Virus record (IMG/VR): IMGVR_UViG_3300045581_000334
Span: 1-64,000 of that record
Strand: one strand, 5' to 3'
DNA from: a virus
Length of the DNA stretch: 64,000 nt
Every line of letters starts with the position of its first letter. Position 1 is the stretch's first letter. Shown here in pieces: positions 9,239-20,900 of the stretch. Below the pieces are notes generated by a model that had not been told where the DNA came from, searched no databases, and saw only the letters and a program-made list of their open reading frames with translations. The position numbers and the translations under genes are program-made.

Positions 9239-12200
9239 CTATATCTGTATCCACACATCGCCTTCAGAACCACCAGATGGCGCTGAACTACTTACTGTAA
9301 TATTTCTAATTGCTCTTGAGTTCCAAGTTGTGTCACCTTGTATGTATGTAGACATTATACCAAATACTGGATTAAGTTTCCCTAAAATTTGAACTTGAGA
9401 TGAAGAAACTCCAGGCTTTAAAGCAATTCCAGATGATCCGCCAGTTGAAATTAATAAAGTTCCTCTAGTAACACCAGACAATTCGTCTGCATGTGCAATA
9501 TATGACTGATATGTAGCACTAGGACTACCACCGCTTCTGGTTAGCTGAATTTGATTTGCGCCAAAAGTAGCTGACACGTTTTCATTCCCGTATCCTCCTG
9601 CTCCTATATTCCTTATTGCATTTATAGTAATAGCTCCTCCAGCATCCCATCCAGTTGAGGTGTCTGTCATAGAGATAGAGGCATTATTTGAAATTGTAGT
9701 TGTTTTTGAACCATTAATAATGGTTATATTTCCAGAAGCGTCAATATCAGTATTTGTTGTATCTAGTGATGTTGCCTTTACATTTCCCTCTATGACAGTA
9801 TTAGAGCCTAAAGTAATTGTATTTGAGCTGGCTGATTTTGTTATTCCAGAAGCTCCACCCAGTCTAAATGAACCATCAGAATTCCAATAATCTCCTCCAT
9901 TAACAATGTTTCCTTTTATTTCCAAAACTCCGTTGTAAGAACTAAACTTCATATAGCTGGTGTCAGTTCCTATATTCATTGCTGGCCATATTTTATTTTG
10001 TCCAACTGGTTTGTGCCAACCTATAAAAAATCCAGGATCTGCATTATTATCATAAGAGCTCTTTGACTTAGTCTGATTATTATTATCTACAAATGAAGAA
10101 TATATATGAGCTCCATCTGTATTAACAATTAAACTTTTAAGTAAGTCTAATTCAACTCCAGACCCCAATCTTTGCTGAAGACTAAGTTTGGCGGCAACAC
10201 CATCAGCTATATCAGGATCTTCAGTTAAATTCCAAGATGCTCCGTCATATATATATAATTTATTTTTGTTGCTTGTATTATACCAAGCGTCCCCAGCAGT
10301 AAAAGATACGCCAGCTGGTGGCGTATAATTTGGTCTTAATGGACTTGTAAGCTGTGTTGCCCTTATTATTATTTTTTTTGAATCTGCCACTAATTTTGCA
10401 CTAGCAGAATCTTGGGCTAACACCCATTTACTTGCAGGCGCAACCTTTGTAGAATCGTATATATAAAGCTTATTACTATCGTTTGTATCAACCCAAGCAT
10501 CTCCAGTTTTATATGTACCGCCAGTTGGTTCGTCATTTTGAGCATAAATTTTAGAGGTATCGTTTAACAAATTACCAAGAGAAGATCCAGACTCTACTGT
10601 AATCTTTCCAGATATTATTGCGCCTGTAGCATACAATTGTCCATCTGCATTTACTTGAAAACCAGCCTGTCCACTTGCAGCATTGTTTGCAACTAAATCT
10701 TGTGGCTCTACAGTTCCTGCCCATAAAACAATATCTGACCCTGCTGTAGCTCTTGGTTTTATTCCAACATATGATCCAGAATTGGTGGCAATAATAGAAG
10801 TGGCAGAGGCATTTGATCCAGACGTTAAAGTTATATTAGTTGAAGAGATTGTATTTGGAGCTACGGTCCAATTTCCTATTTTAGCTCTATCTGTTGTAAA
10901 AGTAGGGGCATTGGCTTCGGCATTTGAAATTATTTGTGTTGTTTCTGCCCCATTTGCATCGTAAGCAAATAATCCTAGGTGATTTAATGTAACTTTATTT
11001 AAAACATTGTCAGCAGTTCTAGCAATAAAAGATCCACCATTATTTATTGTTAAGTTTCCACTTATTTTTCCAGACCTAGCATTAATGTCACCAGTTAAAT
11101 ATAAATCTGTTCCATTGAAATACATGTATTGGGTGTCTGTTCCGACCCTTAGTTGTCCTGTTGTAAGCCAGAAGTTATTCTTGTTCCCAGTTTTATTTAA
11201 AAGTATACCGTGGTATCCAGTTAATGGTGCAGCAGTTAAAGATGGCGTTGTTGTAATACTTGTATTTATTGAGTCTAATATTCCAGTACCAAATTTAAAC
11301 TGATCTCCAGTAGCACCGCCAATAGATATATAGGACTTAAGTCTTGCTAACGATCCTTCAGCTGTGGCAACAGAATCTTGTGCTGTAAAAGTTCCTGCTG
11401 TTGTGTAAGATTGTGTATTATTGAATTGATCAACTGAAGCAACCTGGTAGTAATATGTAGTGTTTGGAATTAATCCTGAAACAGTAAATGAAACCGTGTT
11501 GCCAGTTGCTGGATGGTCAACGTACCCGTATTCATAGATAGGATTTAAAGTTTGAGTAGTCCATCTTACTCTATAGCCCCTACAATCAGGATCACTTGAT
11601 TTGGTGAAAGATATAGTTGCCTGAAGGCTAAATCCAGTTTTATCATTTTCATCAACTGATGCTGTTGCTGAAACATTTGTTGGATTTGTTGGAGGAGTTT
11701 CATCTGTTGGATCTATTTTATCTGGAGTTACTGTAACTGTATTGCTATATCCAGTAAGTCCTCCACGTACTCTAGAAAATCTTGCCCTCACTTGACGAGT
11801 AAGAGAGTTTGTGGTTGGGACATAAACTGGATTTGAAGTAGATGATCCTTGATCTACCCAAGTAGCCCCACTGTTTGTGCTATCCTCTATATATATTCTA
11901 TCAAACTCAGAATTATTTGTGAATGAAACATTATAAGACATAGGGCCTTTTGTTGCTGAAATAACTGGTGGCGTTAGTGGGTCTACATAAGCAGGTACAT
12001 CGTATCCAACAACTGTGCTTGTTTGTAAATTTTTATCTCTTACATAAATAAATGCATCGTAGTCTGTTTGGAATGCAGTTACTTGCCCAAAGATTGCTGC
12101 TAGATCTCCTTCAGGAAATACGACTTTATGTTCTAATGGTGGAATTTTAGTTTTATCAACATCTACATATTTAGTAAGGTCTTCATTGTTAGCCATTATT

Positions 12201-12817
12201 GAAATTGCAAACGAATCTGCTAAATCATTCTTAGGTAAGTTTACATCAAATTTCCAAAATAATACTAAATCTCTTTTAACCCATTCATGTCTAACCTCAT
12301 AGACAGGGCTTGGTTGCTCTAATAATGTTATACAGAATTCATTAGAAAATGGAGATAGTTTTCCTGGAGTGTTTGCTTCAGCTTGTAGCTTTACGCAGTA
12401 TGTAGTTACCTTTGTAGCTGATATCTGTATTGTTCCAGCTGCCGAAAAAGAAGTTCCAAACTGTACGTATTCTTCTCCGAAGTCTCCTCCCTTAATCCAT
12501 ATGTTAACTTGTTTTAACACACCTTCTGGATAGTCAGAGTTTGTAGCGTCTTTACCATTCCATGTTACATAAAGTTTATCAGCAATTGCATCTAAATTGT
12601 TTTCTATAAAGTATGGTGGAGGAAGATCTGGCTCTGGAATTGTTTTAAAATCATATATGCTAGACTCTCCGCTAACACCTAACTCTGCATCTTCATAAAC
12701 CCAGGCAAAAGTTAAACCATAATCCGTATCTGGCACAAACCCAGTAAAAACTAAATCAATATACTTACCATCAGAAGATTTAGTTTGAGTGGGATCTAGG
12801 TCAAAAAAATTAGCCAT
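9239..12817 (-). CDS. Tail fibre / central tail protein with FN3 domains
   Basis: FN3 pattern (PPTNPTNV..YRVRW..VSGLIPNTTYYYQVASVD), GDAW..T..NKLYIYD repeats, C-terminal SSAPSGGSEGDVWIQ. Confidence 0.75.
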   Translation of the reverse strand: MANFFDLDPTQTKSSDGKYIDLVFTGFVPDTDYGLTFAWVYEDAELGVSGESSIYDFKTIPEPDLPPPYFIENNLDAIADKLYVTWNGKDATNSDYPEGVLKQVNIWIKGGDFGEEYVQFGTSFSAAGTIQISATKVTTYCVKLQAEANTPGKLSPFSNEFCITLLEQPSPVYEVRHEWVKRDLVLFWKFDVNLPKNDLADSFAISIMANNEDLTKYVDVDKTKIPPLEHKVVFPEGDLAAIFGQVTAFQTDYDAFIYVRDKNLQTSTVVGYDVPAYVDPLTPPVISATKGPMSYNVSFTNNSEFDRIYIEDSTNSGATWVDQGSSTSNPVYVPTTNSLTRQVRARFSRVRGGLTGYSNTVTVTPDKIDPTDETPPTNPTNVSATASVDENDKTGFSLQATISFTKSSDPDCRGYRVRWTTQTLNPIYEYGYVDHPATGNTVSFTVSGLIPNTTYYYQVASVDQFNNTQSYTTAGTFTAQDSVATAEGSLARLKSYISIGGATGDQFKFGTGILDSINTSITTTPSLTAAPLTGYHGILLNKTGNKNNFWLTTGQLRVGTDTQYMYFNGTDLYLTGDINARSGKISGNLTINNGGSFIARTADNVLNKVTLNHLGLFAYDANGAETTQIISNAEANAPTFTTDRAKIGNWTVAPNTISSTNITLTSGSNASATSIIATNSGSYVGIKPRATAGSDIVLWAGTVEPQDLVANNAASGQAGFQVNADGQLYATGAIISGKITVESGSSLGNLLNDTSKIYAQNDEPTGGTYKTGDAWVDTNDSNKLYIYDSTKVAPASKWVLAQDSASAKLVADSKKIIIRATQLTSPLRPNYTPPAGVSFTAGDAWYNTSNKNKLYIYDGASWNLTEDPDIADGVAAKLSLQQRLGSGVELDLLKSLIVNTDGAHIYSSFVDNNNQTKSKSSYDNNADPGFFIGWHKPVGQNKIWPAMNIGTDTSYMKFSSYNGVLEIKGNIVNGGDYWNSDGSFRLGGASGITKSASSNTITLGSNTVIEGNVKATSLDTTNTDIDASGNITIINGSKTTTISNNASISMTDTSTGWDAGGAITINAIRNIGAGGYGNENVSATFGANQIQLTRSGGSPSATYQSYIAHADELSGVTRGTLLISTGGSSGIALKPGVSSSQVQILGKLNPVFGIMSTYIQGDTTWNSRAIRNITVSSSAPSGGSEGDVWIQI

Positions 12818-12819
12818 TG

Positions 12820-13677
12820 CTATGCACCAAAGTCTAAGTCCAATTTATATTCTATAATTAATTCTCTACCTGCAACCTTTTCTACTTCAGCTATATTAGA
12901 TCTTGCTATCATTCCATATGCTGGATCAAATGTGTCTTCGTCATTAACCCTAAGTCCATCTACGGTAATAGATGTTGCGGAAGTAGTAGGAACCACCACA
13001 ATTCCTAATTTACTAATAGATGATCTTTGTGGATTTCCAACAGCTGTCATATCTGCAAATGCAACATCTTTTATATTCCATCCAACAGAATGCCCTGTAA
13101 AATTAAATTCAAAATAATCAGATTCAGAGCTATACATTCTTACCTTAACTGAAGAAAGATTTGCGTCATTTGCCTTATATGAAAATGATATTGTGTCAAA
13201 ATTGCTGTATCCAGAAATATCAAAGCTTGGAATTATAGCAACATATTCTTGTTGAGATGTACCGTTTGAATCTAAATCTAAAGAGCTATTTCCTACCCTA
13301 TAATCATTTTCATTTAATGTAGGAGATGGGCTCCATTCAAATGAGGATTCAAATGTAGTTATAAATCTATTGTCATATGAGTTATTAGATATTCTTCTAC
13401 CAGGATATAATGCTATCTCATTAATTTTACCCGCCAAATTTGTTGGCAACTTGCTACTATAGATTGCTGTATATGTGTATGGGGTTGTAGATGTATCAAC
13501 ATCTATTCCACCAAACAATACTGGAACACTGTAGAATTCAAATCCTAATCTTGAATTTGTATCGTTTAATGAATACTCAGAATTTGTAGCTATCCCTACA
13601 GACAACACCTTATCAAAGAAGGATCTATTGCCAGCAATATAATCAATTAAAAACCTTTTTCCAAATCTAGTTATCAT
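12820..13677 (-). CDS. Minor tail/baseplate protein
   Basis: Position in tail module; MIT..GK N-terminus and INEIAL motif seen in baseplate/fibre attachment proteins. Confidence 0.6.
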   Translation of the reverse strand: MITRFGKRFLIDYIAGNRSFFDKVLSVGIATNSEYSLNDTNSRLGFEFYSVPVLFGGIDVDTSTTPYTYTAIYSSKLPTNLAGKINEIALYPGRRISNNSYDNRFITTFESSFEWSPSPTLNENDYRVGNSSLDLDSNGTSQQEYVAIIPSFDISGYSNFDTISFSYKANDANLSSVKVRMYSSESDYFEFNFTGHSVGWNIKDVAFADMTAVGNPQRSSISKLGIVVVPTTSATSITVDGLRVNDEDTFDPAYGMIARSNIAEVEKVAGRELIIEYKLDLDFGA

Positions 13678-14033
13678 GCTGTTCCCCCCTGTGAAACTGG
13701 CTTAGTGCTTTTTACCTGAAACTTTTTAACAGGTTCTTCTGTTGATATATAAATTCTCATAGAGACCTTTACTTTTGCAACATTGTTTTCATAATAAATT
13801 TCTTGACTAATTGGCTTTTGAATGTCGTCTAGTTGAGGTCTGTCTTTTGGAGGCGGAGGTGGTGGAGGTGGTGGAGGTGGATTACCCCCTCCAGTAGATC
13901 CAAATGGGGTAACGATTCCAGCCCTTGTTACATCCTTAACATCTGCCAACCATACTTTATTTAAATAGTATTTATCAATATCATCACCTATGATAGGCGT
14001 TGATATTCCAGGAACACTATTTTTTTCTGCCAT
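13674..14033 (-). CDS. Hypothetical tail-module protein with an 11-Pro run
   Basis: 119 aa; P11 at 13848-13880; leaderless promoter upstream. Confidence 0.7.
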   Translation of the reverse strand: MAEKNSVPGISTPIIGDDIDKYYLNKVWLADVKDVTRAGIVTPFGSTGGGNPPPPPPPPPPPKDRPQLDDIQKPISQEIYYENNVAKVKVSMRIYISTEEPVKKFQVKSTKPVSQGGTA

Positions 14034-14056
14034 TTATTTATTATACCATTTGAGTA

Positions 14057-17000
14057 TTAAATAGCTCTACAGCTAATACTCGTAGTAACCCCCTCTAAAA
14101 ATCCTAATCTTACTCCAGTAACAATATATTTTTTATCTGTATGAGATAAATCTTGAAGCGGGTAGTGTACTCCAATTATGTCTCCTGGCTCAATAAGTGG
14201 GTTTCCAAACACTTCCATCTCAACACTTCTTCCTTTATTTAATTGTGTTGAAACAATCCAGTCAGCTAATCTTTTCGCATCAGTTTGAGATTGTATCCAG
14301 CTTGAGTCAAACTGTACTGGATATTTTTTAGCTCTGCTATCTGGGTTGTCTGTTGAATATTCAACGACTCCGCCATCCATAATTGGTGTTCCAATAACTT
14401 GAAATGTATTATATTCTCCATCATGCAGGTTTACAGTTCCAGAAGTATTATTCATAACTAACATTTCTGCAGTAAACGGCTGAAGTTTATCTGCCATTAT
14501 TGTTACATTTTTATTTTGTCCTCTTGATAAGTATAATGGGATTGCTGGATTTGCACTGTCGTATCTGACTTTTATTTTTTTAATTTGTCTTACAACTGAT
14601 CCAAATTCTACAAGGGTTCCGTTTCTAGATTCTCTTGTTTCTCCTGAACTATATATCAAATCGCCAAACAATAGGGATATTGTGTCGTCTGAAAATACTC
14701 CGTTATACTGATAAGATCCTTTTGAATTTAAAGTAGCATAATCCATTGTTGAAGTAGCATCTTTTTCTTTTATGTCCATGCCATATACATAATCATAATA
14801 AACTATTCCTTGACCACATAAAAGTCCGACCTTATTTGAAGGAGCCAGAGGCTGGCCATACTTTGCCGCATCATCATCTTCACAATCTATTCTAAATCCA
14901 TTAATAAAAATAGTTAGTGTGTTTTTTATTAATACATTAGAACTATTATATGTGGACTTTATTAATACATCTAGATTATAAGACTGAGCTGCATAGACTC
15001 CAGCAAATTCACTGGCTGCAGAAGTTTGAGATGTTTTTAACTCTCTAGTAACTCCACTAACATTAGTTTTTAAAATTTTAATGTCTTTTGCAGATTTAGC
15101 TCCAGCTGTAGTGGAAATAATAATGTGGTACCCTTTCTTGCCAGTATCTCCAGCAAAAACAGTAATACCTCCTACTTGATCAGTTGAATATGAATCTTGA
15201 AGTCCAGTATCAAATTCATTGTCAAAAAACATTCTGGTTCCCATAGAAAAACAACCTGGCTTATTTGTAATATTCATTCCGTTAAAAGGTATTACTCCAG
15301 AAGTATAATGAGTTTTGCTTTTATCAAAATTTGTAATTGGCAAGAAAGCCTTACCTATCTTTGGAGCCTTTGCTTCCCACGAGTTCTTAGCAGAATTATA
15401 TAGGCTGGTTAAGCTTCCTTTAAAGGGCGGTTCATTGGCTACAGTTAAGTCTACTGGTCCATATGTAGGAACACCATAACTAGAAATTACTTCATGTGAC
15501 TTGGCGCTTGTTCCTAAAGCACCTCTCTTTTTAATTTTATACCTTCCTGTTGGCTTAAAGGTATTTATATTTTGTGCATCTGTCACAGCTAGAGAATAGT
15601 GTTTCCAAAAATCTGAAGAATCTTTAACCACTACTGTTGCTCTTGTAGAATCAGATTGTTTATAATAAGAAAATTCAATGCCTTCGTATTCTATAATTTC
15701 AGTATTTATTAAAAGATATCCTGAAAAGTCTGGAACAATTAAATACTCATCTATTAGCTGATCAACGCTTTGTAGATTAAGAGAAATAAAGTCAGCTTCA
15801 GATGCCGTTAAATTTTGAGACAATGTTCCAGCTGCTAGTGCATCGTCTGATGATATCCAGACAGGTGCAGCATTATTGGCAACATATCCACTGGTTCCAG
15901 GGGCTGACCACAAAACCTTTACGGAATTTCCAGCAACCTTTTCTTTTTTATTTAACCTAATAATATTTGGTATGTAGGAAACTGATCCCCCAGACGATAT
16001 GTCTTCATTGGTAAAAATCCAATCTTGAACTCTGGTTGGACTGTATATTGAATCTCTTGTATAAATTTGTAAAGTATCATTATTGTCTACAAACATATTT
16101 ATCTGTGCGTCTCTACATAATGCCTGTAATGATTCCCACACAGTTTCCCCATCTTTTGTCCAAAAATATCTAATCGTAGGAACTGATGTGTCATTTTCAA
16201 TAATATTAATATTATAGTTTGTAAATCCAATTGACTCTAATACTCTTCTTATGATTGCAGTTACTGGAGTATCTTCAACTAATAATAGTGGGGCAATAGT
16301 GTCTTGTAATATTTTACTTGAATCAAGGCATCTTATTGAAGCCGATCCAAATTCAGACAACGACCAATCTACCATATAATATTTACCCTGTGGGATTTTA
16401 ACATCATTGGTTCCATCGTTAACAACAATATATGGCTCAACAATTGCATTTTTGTCAAGGTATATCTTAGATGAGTCAAAGGATTGGTTTCTATTATATT
16501 CTGTTATTGTGTTGTCCGCCTCATTAAATTTTGTTATATTAATGCTTAATAAATTTGATGTTAAGCTTCCGACTGGCAAAATAGAATCATCATCTATAGT
16601 TGTCTGTTTTTCAATATCAAAATTTTGAATGTCTGAACTTATATCTATTACCCATCTAGGACTAAACTCGATAACTCCTATAAATTTACCAGTGTTAGAA
16701 TTACTAGCAGTAAGGTTTATTTTTTTAAATGATTGAGTACTTGTGTAAGAAGTTGGTGGAGTTTTTGACCAAGTGGTTCCATTATAATATATTGCAGCTT
16801 GTCCATTTTGCAAATCAGACGAGCTTCCAGTAACAGATATTGTGGTGTTATCAGATTTAGTTGCAGTAATTGTCCAACTAGTTGGCGTATCATGACCCGT
16901 TTCAAATCTTGCAATAATTTTGTTACAGGGAAATAGTTTTACAGCAGGAGTTTCTTGATTATCAAAATATTCTATGTCTATATTTATGGGAGCATTCTTT

Positions 17001-17371
17001 GGCCCCACCCAATATTTATAAGATGAGTCTGGTCCTGGATAATATAATCTTGGCTTAGTTGGCATTCCAATAGATCTTGGGCTCTCAAAAGAATTCTTTG
17101 GGGTGTCTGTTTGATCTCCATAAGGAGACAATTGAGAAGTATAAATATAATATTTAATTCCTGGTCTTAATGGCCTGTTAGCCGAGTATATTGTATCTAT
17201 TGGAAATAAATTTTTAAATGCATTAGATAGCGCATGGTCTGTTCCGTTAGATTTGGCTACAATTTTATCTATCATTAAATTTAAATTATATTCAATGGTT
17301 CCGCCCGTTGAAACTTGAATTGAATTATTCTTTTTAAATAAATTCTGAATTGTACTTGAGGCGGTTATCAT
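14057..17371 (-). CDS. Minor tail (hub/Tal-like) protein
   Basis: 1104 aa, second gene after the tape measure; C-terminal WIQS..DA..LA..GNPLIEPGDII..YIVT pattern of tail hub proteins. Confidence 0.7.
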   Translation of the reverse strand: MITASSTIQNLFKKNNSIQVSTGGTIEYNLNLMIDKIVAKSNGTDHALSNAFKNLFPIDTIYSANRPLRPGIKYYIYTSQLSPYGDQTDTPKNSFESPRSIGMPTKPRLYYPGPDSSYKYWVGPKNAPINIDIEYFDNQETPAVKLFPCNKIIARFETGHDTPTSWTITATKSDNTTISVTGSSSDLQNGQAAIYYNGTTWSKTPPTSYTSTQSFKKINLTASNSNTGKFIGVIEFSPRWVIDISSDIQNFDIEKQTTIDDDSILPVGSLTSNLLSINITKFNEADNTITEYNRNQSFDSSKIYLDKNAIVEPYIVVNDGTNDVKIPQGKYYMVDWSLSEFGSASIRCLDSSKILQDTIAPLLLVEDTPVTAIIRRVLESIGFTNYNINIIENDTSVPTIRYFWTKDGETVWESLQALCRDAQINMFVDNNDTLQIYTRDSIYSPTRVQDWIFTNEDISSGGSVSYIPNIIRLNKKEKVAGNSVKVLWSAPGTSGYVANNAAPVWISSDDALAAGTLSQNLTASEADFISLNLQSVDQLIDEYLIVPDFSGYLLINTEIIEYEGIEFSYYKQSDSTRATVVVKDSSDFWKHYSLAVTDAQNINTFKPTGRYKIKKRGALGTSAKSHEVISSYGVPTYGPVDLTVANEPPFKGSLTSLYNSAKNSWEAKAPKIGKAFLPITNFDKSKTHYTSGVIPFNGMNITNKPGCFSMGTRMFFDNEFDTGLQDSYSTDQVGGITVFAGDTGKKGYHIIISTTAGAKSAKDIKILKTNVSGVTRELKTSQTSAASEFAGVYAAQSYNLDVLIKSTYNSSNVLIKNTLTIFINGFRIDCEDDDAAKYGQPLAPSNKVGLLCGQGIVYYDYVYGMDIKEKDATSTMDYATLNSKGSYQYNGVFSDDTISLLFGDLIYSSGETRESRNGTLVEFGSVVRQIKKIKVRYDSANPAIPLYLSRGQNKNVTIMADKLQPFTAEMLVMNNTSGTVNLHDGEYNTFQVIGTPIMDGGVVEYSTDNPDSRAKKYPVQFDSSWIQSQTDAKRLADWIVSTQLNKGRSVEMEVFGNPLIEPGDIIGVHYPLQDLSHTDKKYIVTGVRLGFLEGVTTSISCRAI

Positions 17372-17946
17372 ACCTGCTCCAATGAAATATTAACGCTCCA
17401 ATATGGCTGAAGACCTCTTTTAACTAGAGTGCAATCAAAGCCACTAAATACTACTGTGTATATATTTGAAGTAGAAGAGTTTGCTGCAGAAGCTGATTCC
17501 GATGTATTTATTTTAATTCTAAATGATGTTCTTCCTGCTAAACTTTCATAGAATGTTTTTAGGTCTTCCGCTCCCCAAGCTCCGTCTACTGTTTCATTTC
17601 TAAACGAAGGCAACATTGACCATGAAGTAGAAAACGTTTTCTTGTCTGCAATAATAAATTCTCTTAATGTTCCATTAGCCATTCTTGTAGACTGCTTAAT
17701 TCTATTTGTGTTGATAGATAAATCTGATCTATTATGTTCTGTTACTCTTCTAAAAGCTAAAGAGTCTTTGTTAGATACAATTAAATTATTTGTAGTAGCT
17801 ACCGAAAGCGGATAAGTTTGGCCTCCAGCTGTTCTATCTGTAGTTTCTCCAGGATATCTAAAAGCAGTTGAGCCTGGAGTCATAAACAGTAGATCTTTTG
17901 CTTCTATGTATAGGACTGAGCCTTTGGGTAAATTTTCAAAACTCAT
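17368..17946 (-). CDS. Distal tail (Dit-like) / minor tail protein
   Basis: Directly after the tape measure; RMANGTLR..K..F..SW..L, ending ISLEQV. Confidence 0.65.
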   Translation of the reverse strand: MSFENLPKGSVLYIEAKDLLFMTPGSTAFRYPGETTDRTAGGQTYPLSVATTNNLIVSNKDSLAFRRVTEHNRSDLSINTNRIKQSTRMANGTLREFIIADKKTFSTSWSMLPSFRNETVDGAWGAEDLKTFYESLAGRTSFRIKINTSESASAANSSTSNIYTVVFSGFDCTLVKRGLQPYWSVNISLEQV

Positions 17947-20900
17947 CTAATCACCTTTACTTGTCCGCCCATTTGCAAGTTTCTATTTGACATAACTGCA
18001 AACACTTCTTGTGCTGCTGCTCTAGCTAATGCTCTTTCATCCATTCCTGGAGCTGCATTAATAACTATATCACCTATTGTAACATTACCCATTACTGGAC
18101 CAGCTGTAGAGTACATTCTTCTTGGAGGGTTTCCAACAGTTCCTCCAGTTGCAAATCTAGGTATTCTTATATCTGTGCCCTTAAACAATCTAAATCCGCC
18201 CATGTATTTAGAATTTTCAGTAAGCTGTGGATTTGCCTTTATAATACTATTTAAGGAAACTCCAAATCTTCTTGCTATTCCAAATAATGTATCTCCTCTG
18301 TTAACAGAGTAATCTTTTGCATTTCCTAAATTATGTGGTGCAAGGTCTCCGCCTACAAGGTCTGTTGTTTTTGTTGCATCTCTATAATCTGGTCTTCCGA
18401 AGCCTCTTGTATATATACCAGCTCTAGGATTATATGGACCAAACTTTCTATTCTTTACTGCAACCATTCCACCATTTGTTTGATTTGACCCTGAAGTATT
18501 TCCTTCAATTGTTCTTATAACATTCTTGCTAACTATTCTAGAAACTAAACCAACATGGTCTGTTATATTTTTATTTCTTCCAAAGTCAAAGAAGACTAAA
18601 TCTCCTGGTTCTGGGTTTTGATATAGCCTCTTCTTGGACCTAAATGATGAGTATCCAGCTGCAGTTCCAACAACATTTGGAATTTTAACTCCAGCTAAAC
18701 TTGATACCCAATTAATAAATCTACCGCACCATAAATCAAAGGATGGGAGTACTCTAGATATTGCTCCTGTAAGAGCTTTAGCCACTGGATTGTTGGTTGC
18801 CTTTTCTATATAACCAATCGCCTTTTCCGCAACTCTGAGCATTGCAGACTTAGTTCCCATTTCTAAATTCATTCCAAATATGTTTTTAAGATCTGGATCT
18901 CCGCCAGCTCCAAATCTACCTACAGGGCCACCATCTTTCATTCTGTTCAAGCGGTCTAAATTTTCATATCCTATGTTGGCAGCAGAGGCAGCATTTATTA
19001 CATACTCTCCATTAGAAAGCATTGCTGGAATAGAATCTGATGTTCCAGTTCCAGGCCCAGTAACTGCTCCACCTGTAACAAAATTCTTTACCCTATTTCC
19101 TTTAGTTTTTAATACATCGCTATAGTCATAAACTTCACCAGTACTTCCTACTGGAGAAGCATATCTTTTACCCTTATAGGTAAATACGTTATAAACTATT
19201 CCGTCTATCTGAACTCTTTCTGGTTGCTTTGCTCCTGCCTCAGCATCTCTAGCAGCAGTATAAAGATCCTTAGATTTAGAGACATCTTTAGGTTTTGTTC
19301 CTGGGTTTACGGTTACTCCAGCAGATCCTGTTGGGGTAAATTGATTGCCCATATCTCTGCTTATGGATTCTGCTAATTGCTTAATAGTCATTCCGCCAGT
19401 AATTAGCATAGCTTGAGATCTCACTAACTCTAAATCTCTATTAAGGACATCCCCCATTTTTCCTTTAGTAAATACACTATTTAACTGTAATCCTGTCTTG
19501 GGATCATATGTTGGGGCTTGAGATACTGAATCAAAATTTAAAGCTTTTCCAGAACTATCAAAGAATTTTCCAAAGGCTTTCTTGATATCTCCAGCAATAT
19601 CAAATCCCTTATTTCCTTTTGTTACAAGGCCAGCTGCCTGTATCTCTTTCACTAAAGACTTTAATTGATTGTCTGTTTGTCTTTGTGCATCTACTCTTAG
19701 TTTAGGATCTTGTATAAATTCATTTGTTTGTTTTTGTAAAAGTAAATCTTTATACTGCTGTGTGTAATTTTGTATTTTAGCCATAGCTTCTTGAGCTCTG
19801 GCAGCTTCAGCTTGAGCATCTTGAAACTCTCTTTGTCTCTTCTTTTCTTCTTCTGCATTTTTCTTTTGTTGATCTTGTAAAGCTTTTTCTTTTCTTGCAG
19901 CGTCTTCTTGAATAGCTAATCTGGCTTGCTCTGCCTGGTATGTCTTTTGTAATTGAATTAAATCTAAACGTGCTCTTTCAGCAGTTTGGAAGTCACCCTT
20001 TGCAATAGCTGCTTGGTAATCTAGTCTTGCTTTTTGTATTTGTAGTTCATACGATTCTCTTTTTTCAGTGGCATCCAAAGCTTTTAATTTCTCATTAGCA
20101 GCTTCTCTAATTAAATCTATTTGCTTCTGAAGTTTCTCATTTTGATCTTCCGCTGCACGTGAAGCTTTTTGTTGAGCTAAAGCGGCCTCTCTTCCAGTCT
20201 TGTCGATTATAGATTGTAAATTTGCCATGGTGAAACCAATTTGTTTAAAGGTTCCATCCATTCCAGAAAGTCCAAGACCAGTACTGAATGCTTTCTTTCC
20301 AGCATCAATTAGTTTATCTTGAGCTGCAGTAAATGCTGTTAAATATCTATCAAGCTGGGCTGCTGTTTCAGAACTTAATCCCTTAAGGTCTACCTGTACA
20401 CCTTTAACATAAAGTCTCCACTTTGCGTATATTCCTGCAATAGTATCGCTTTCTTTAGCAATTGCCTGTAACTCTGATGGAAGTTTTTGGAATGCTTCTA
20501 TTCCTACAACTTGATCAAATCCCTGAGACTTCATCTTATTTGTAACTTCAACTAAGGCTGCATATTCTCCCTTAACTTCTCCAAGAGCATTCTTTTGGCC
20601 AGATATTGAAACTATTGACTTATCAGTTAAATCAATTACAGAACTCATTCCTTCTATAACTTTAGTCTTATACTGATCTACTTCCTTATCTCCAGCCTTA
20701 ATTGTTTGAGATAAATGTTTTACAGAATACTCTGCAGCAGTTGATGAATCTTTTACGCCTGCAAATGCTGAATTAGTCATAACATTTATAGCCAATTTAG
20801 AATTCTTTGATGCTGCTATCATTCCCATTATTTTCTTATTAGCTTCTTCTACGCTCATTCCAGCAGCAATAAATTGAGCTTTTATATTTGTAGCAAGCTC

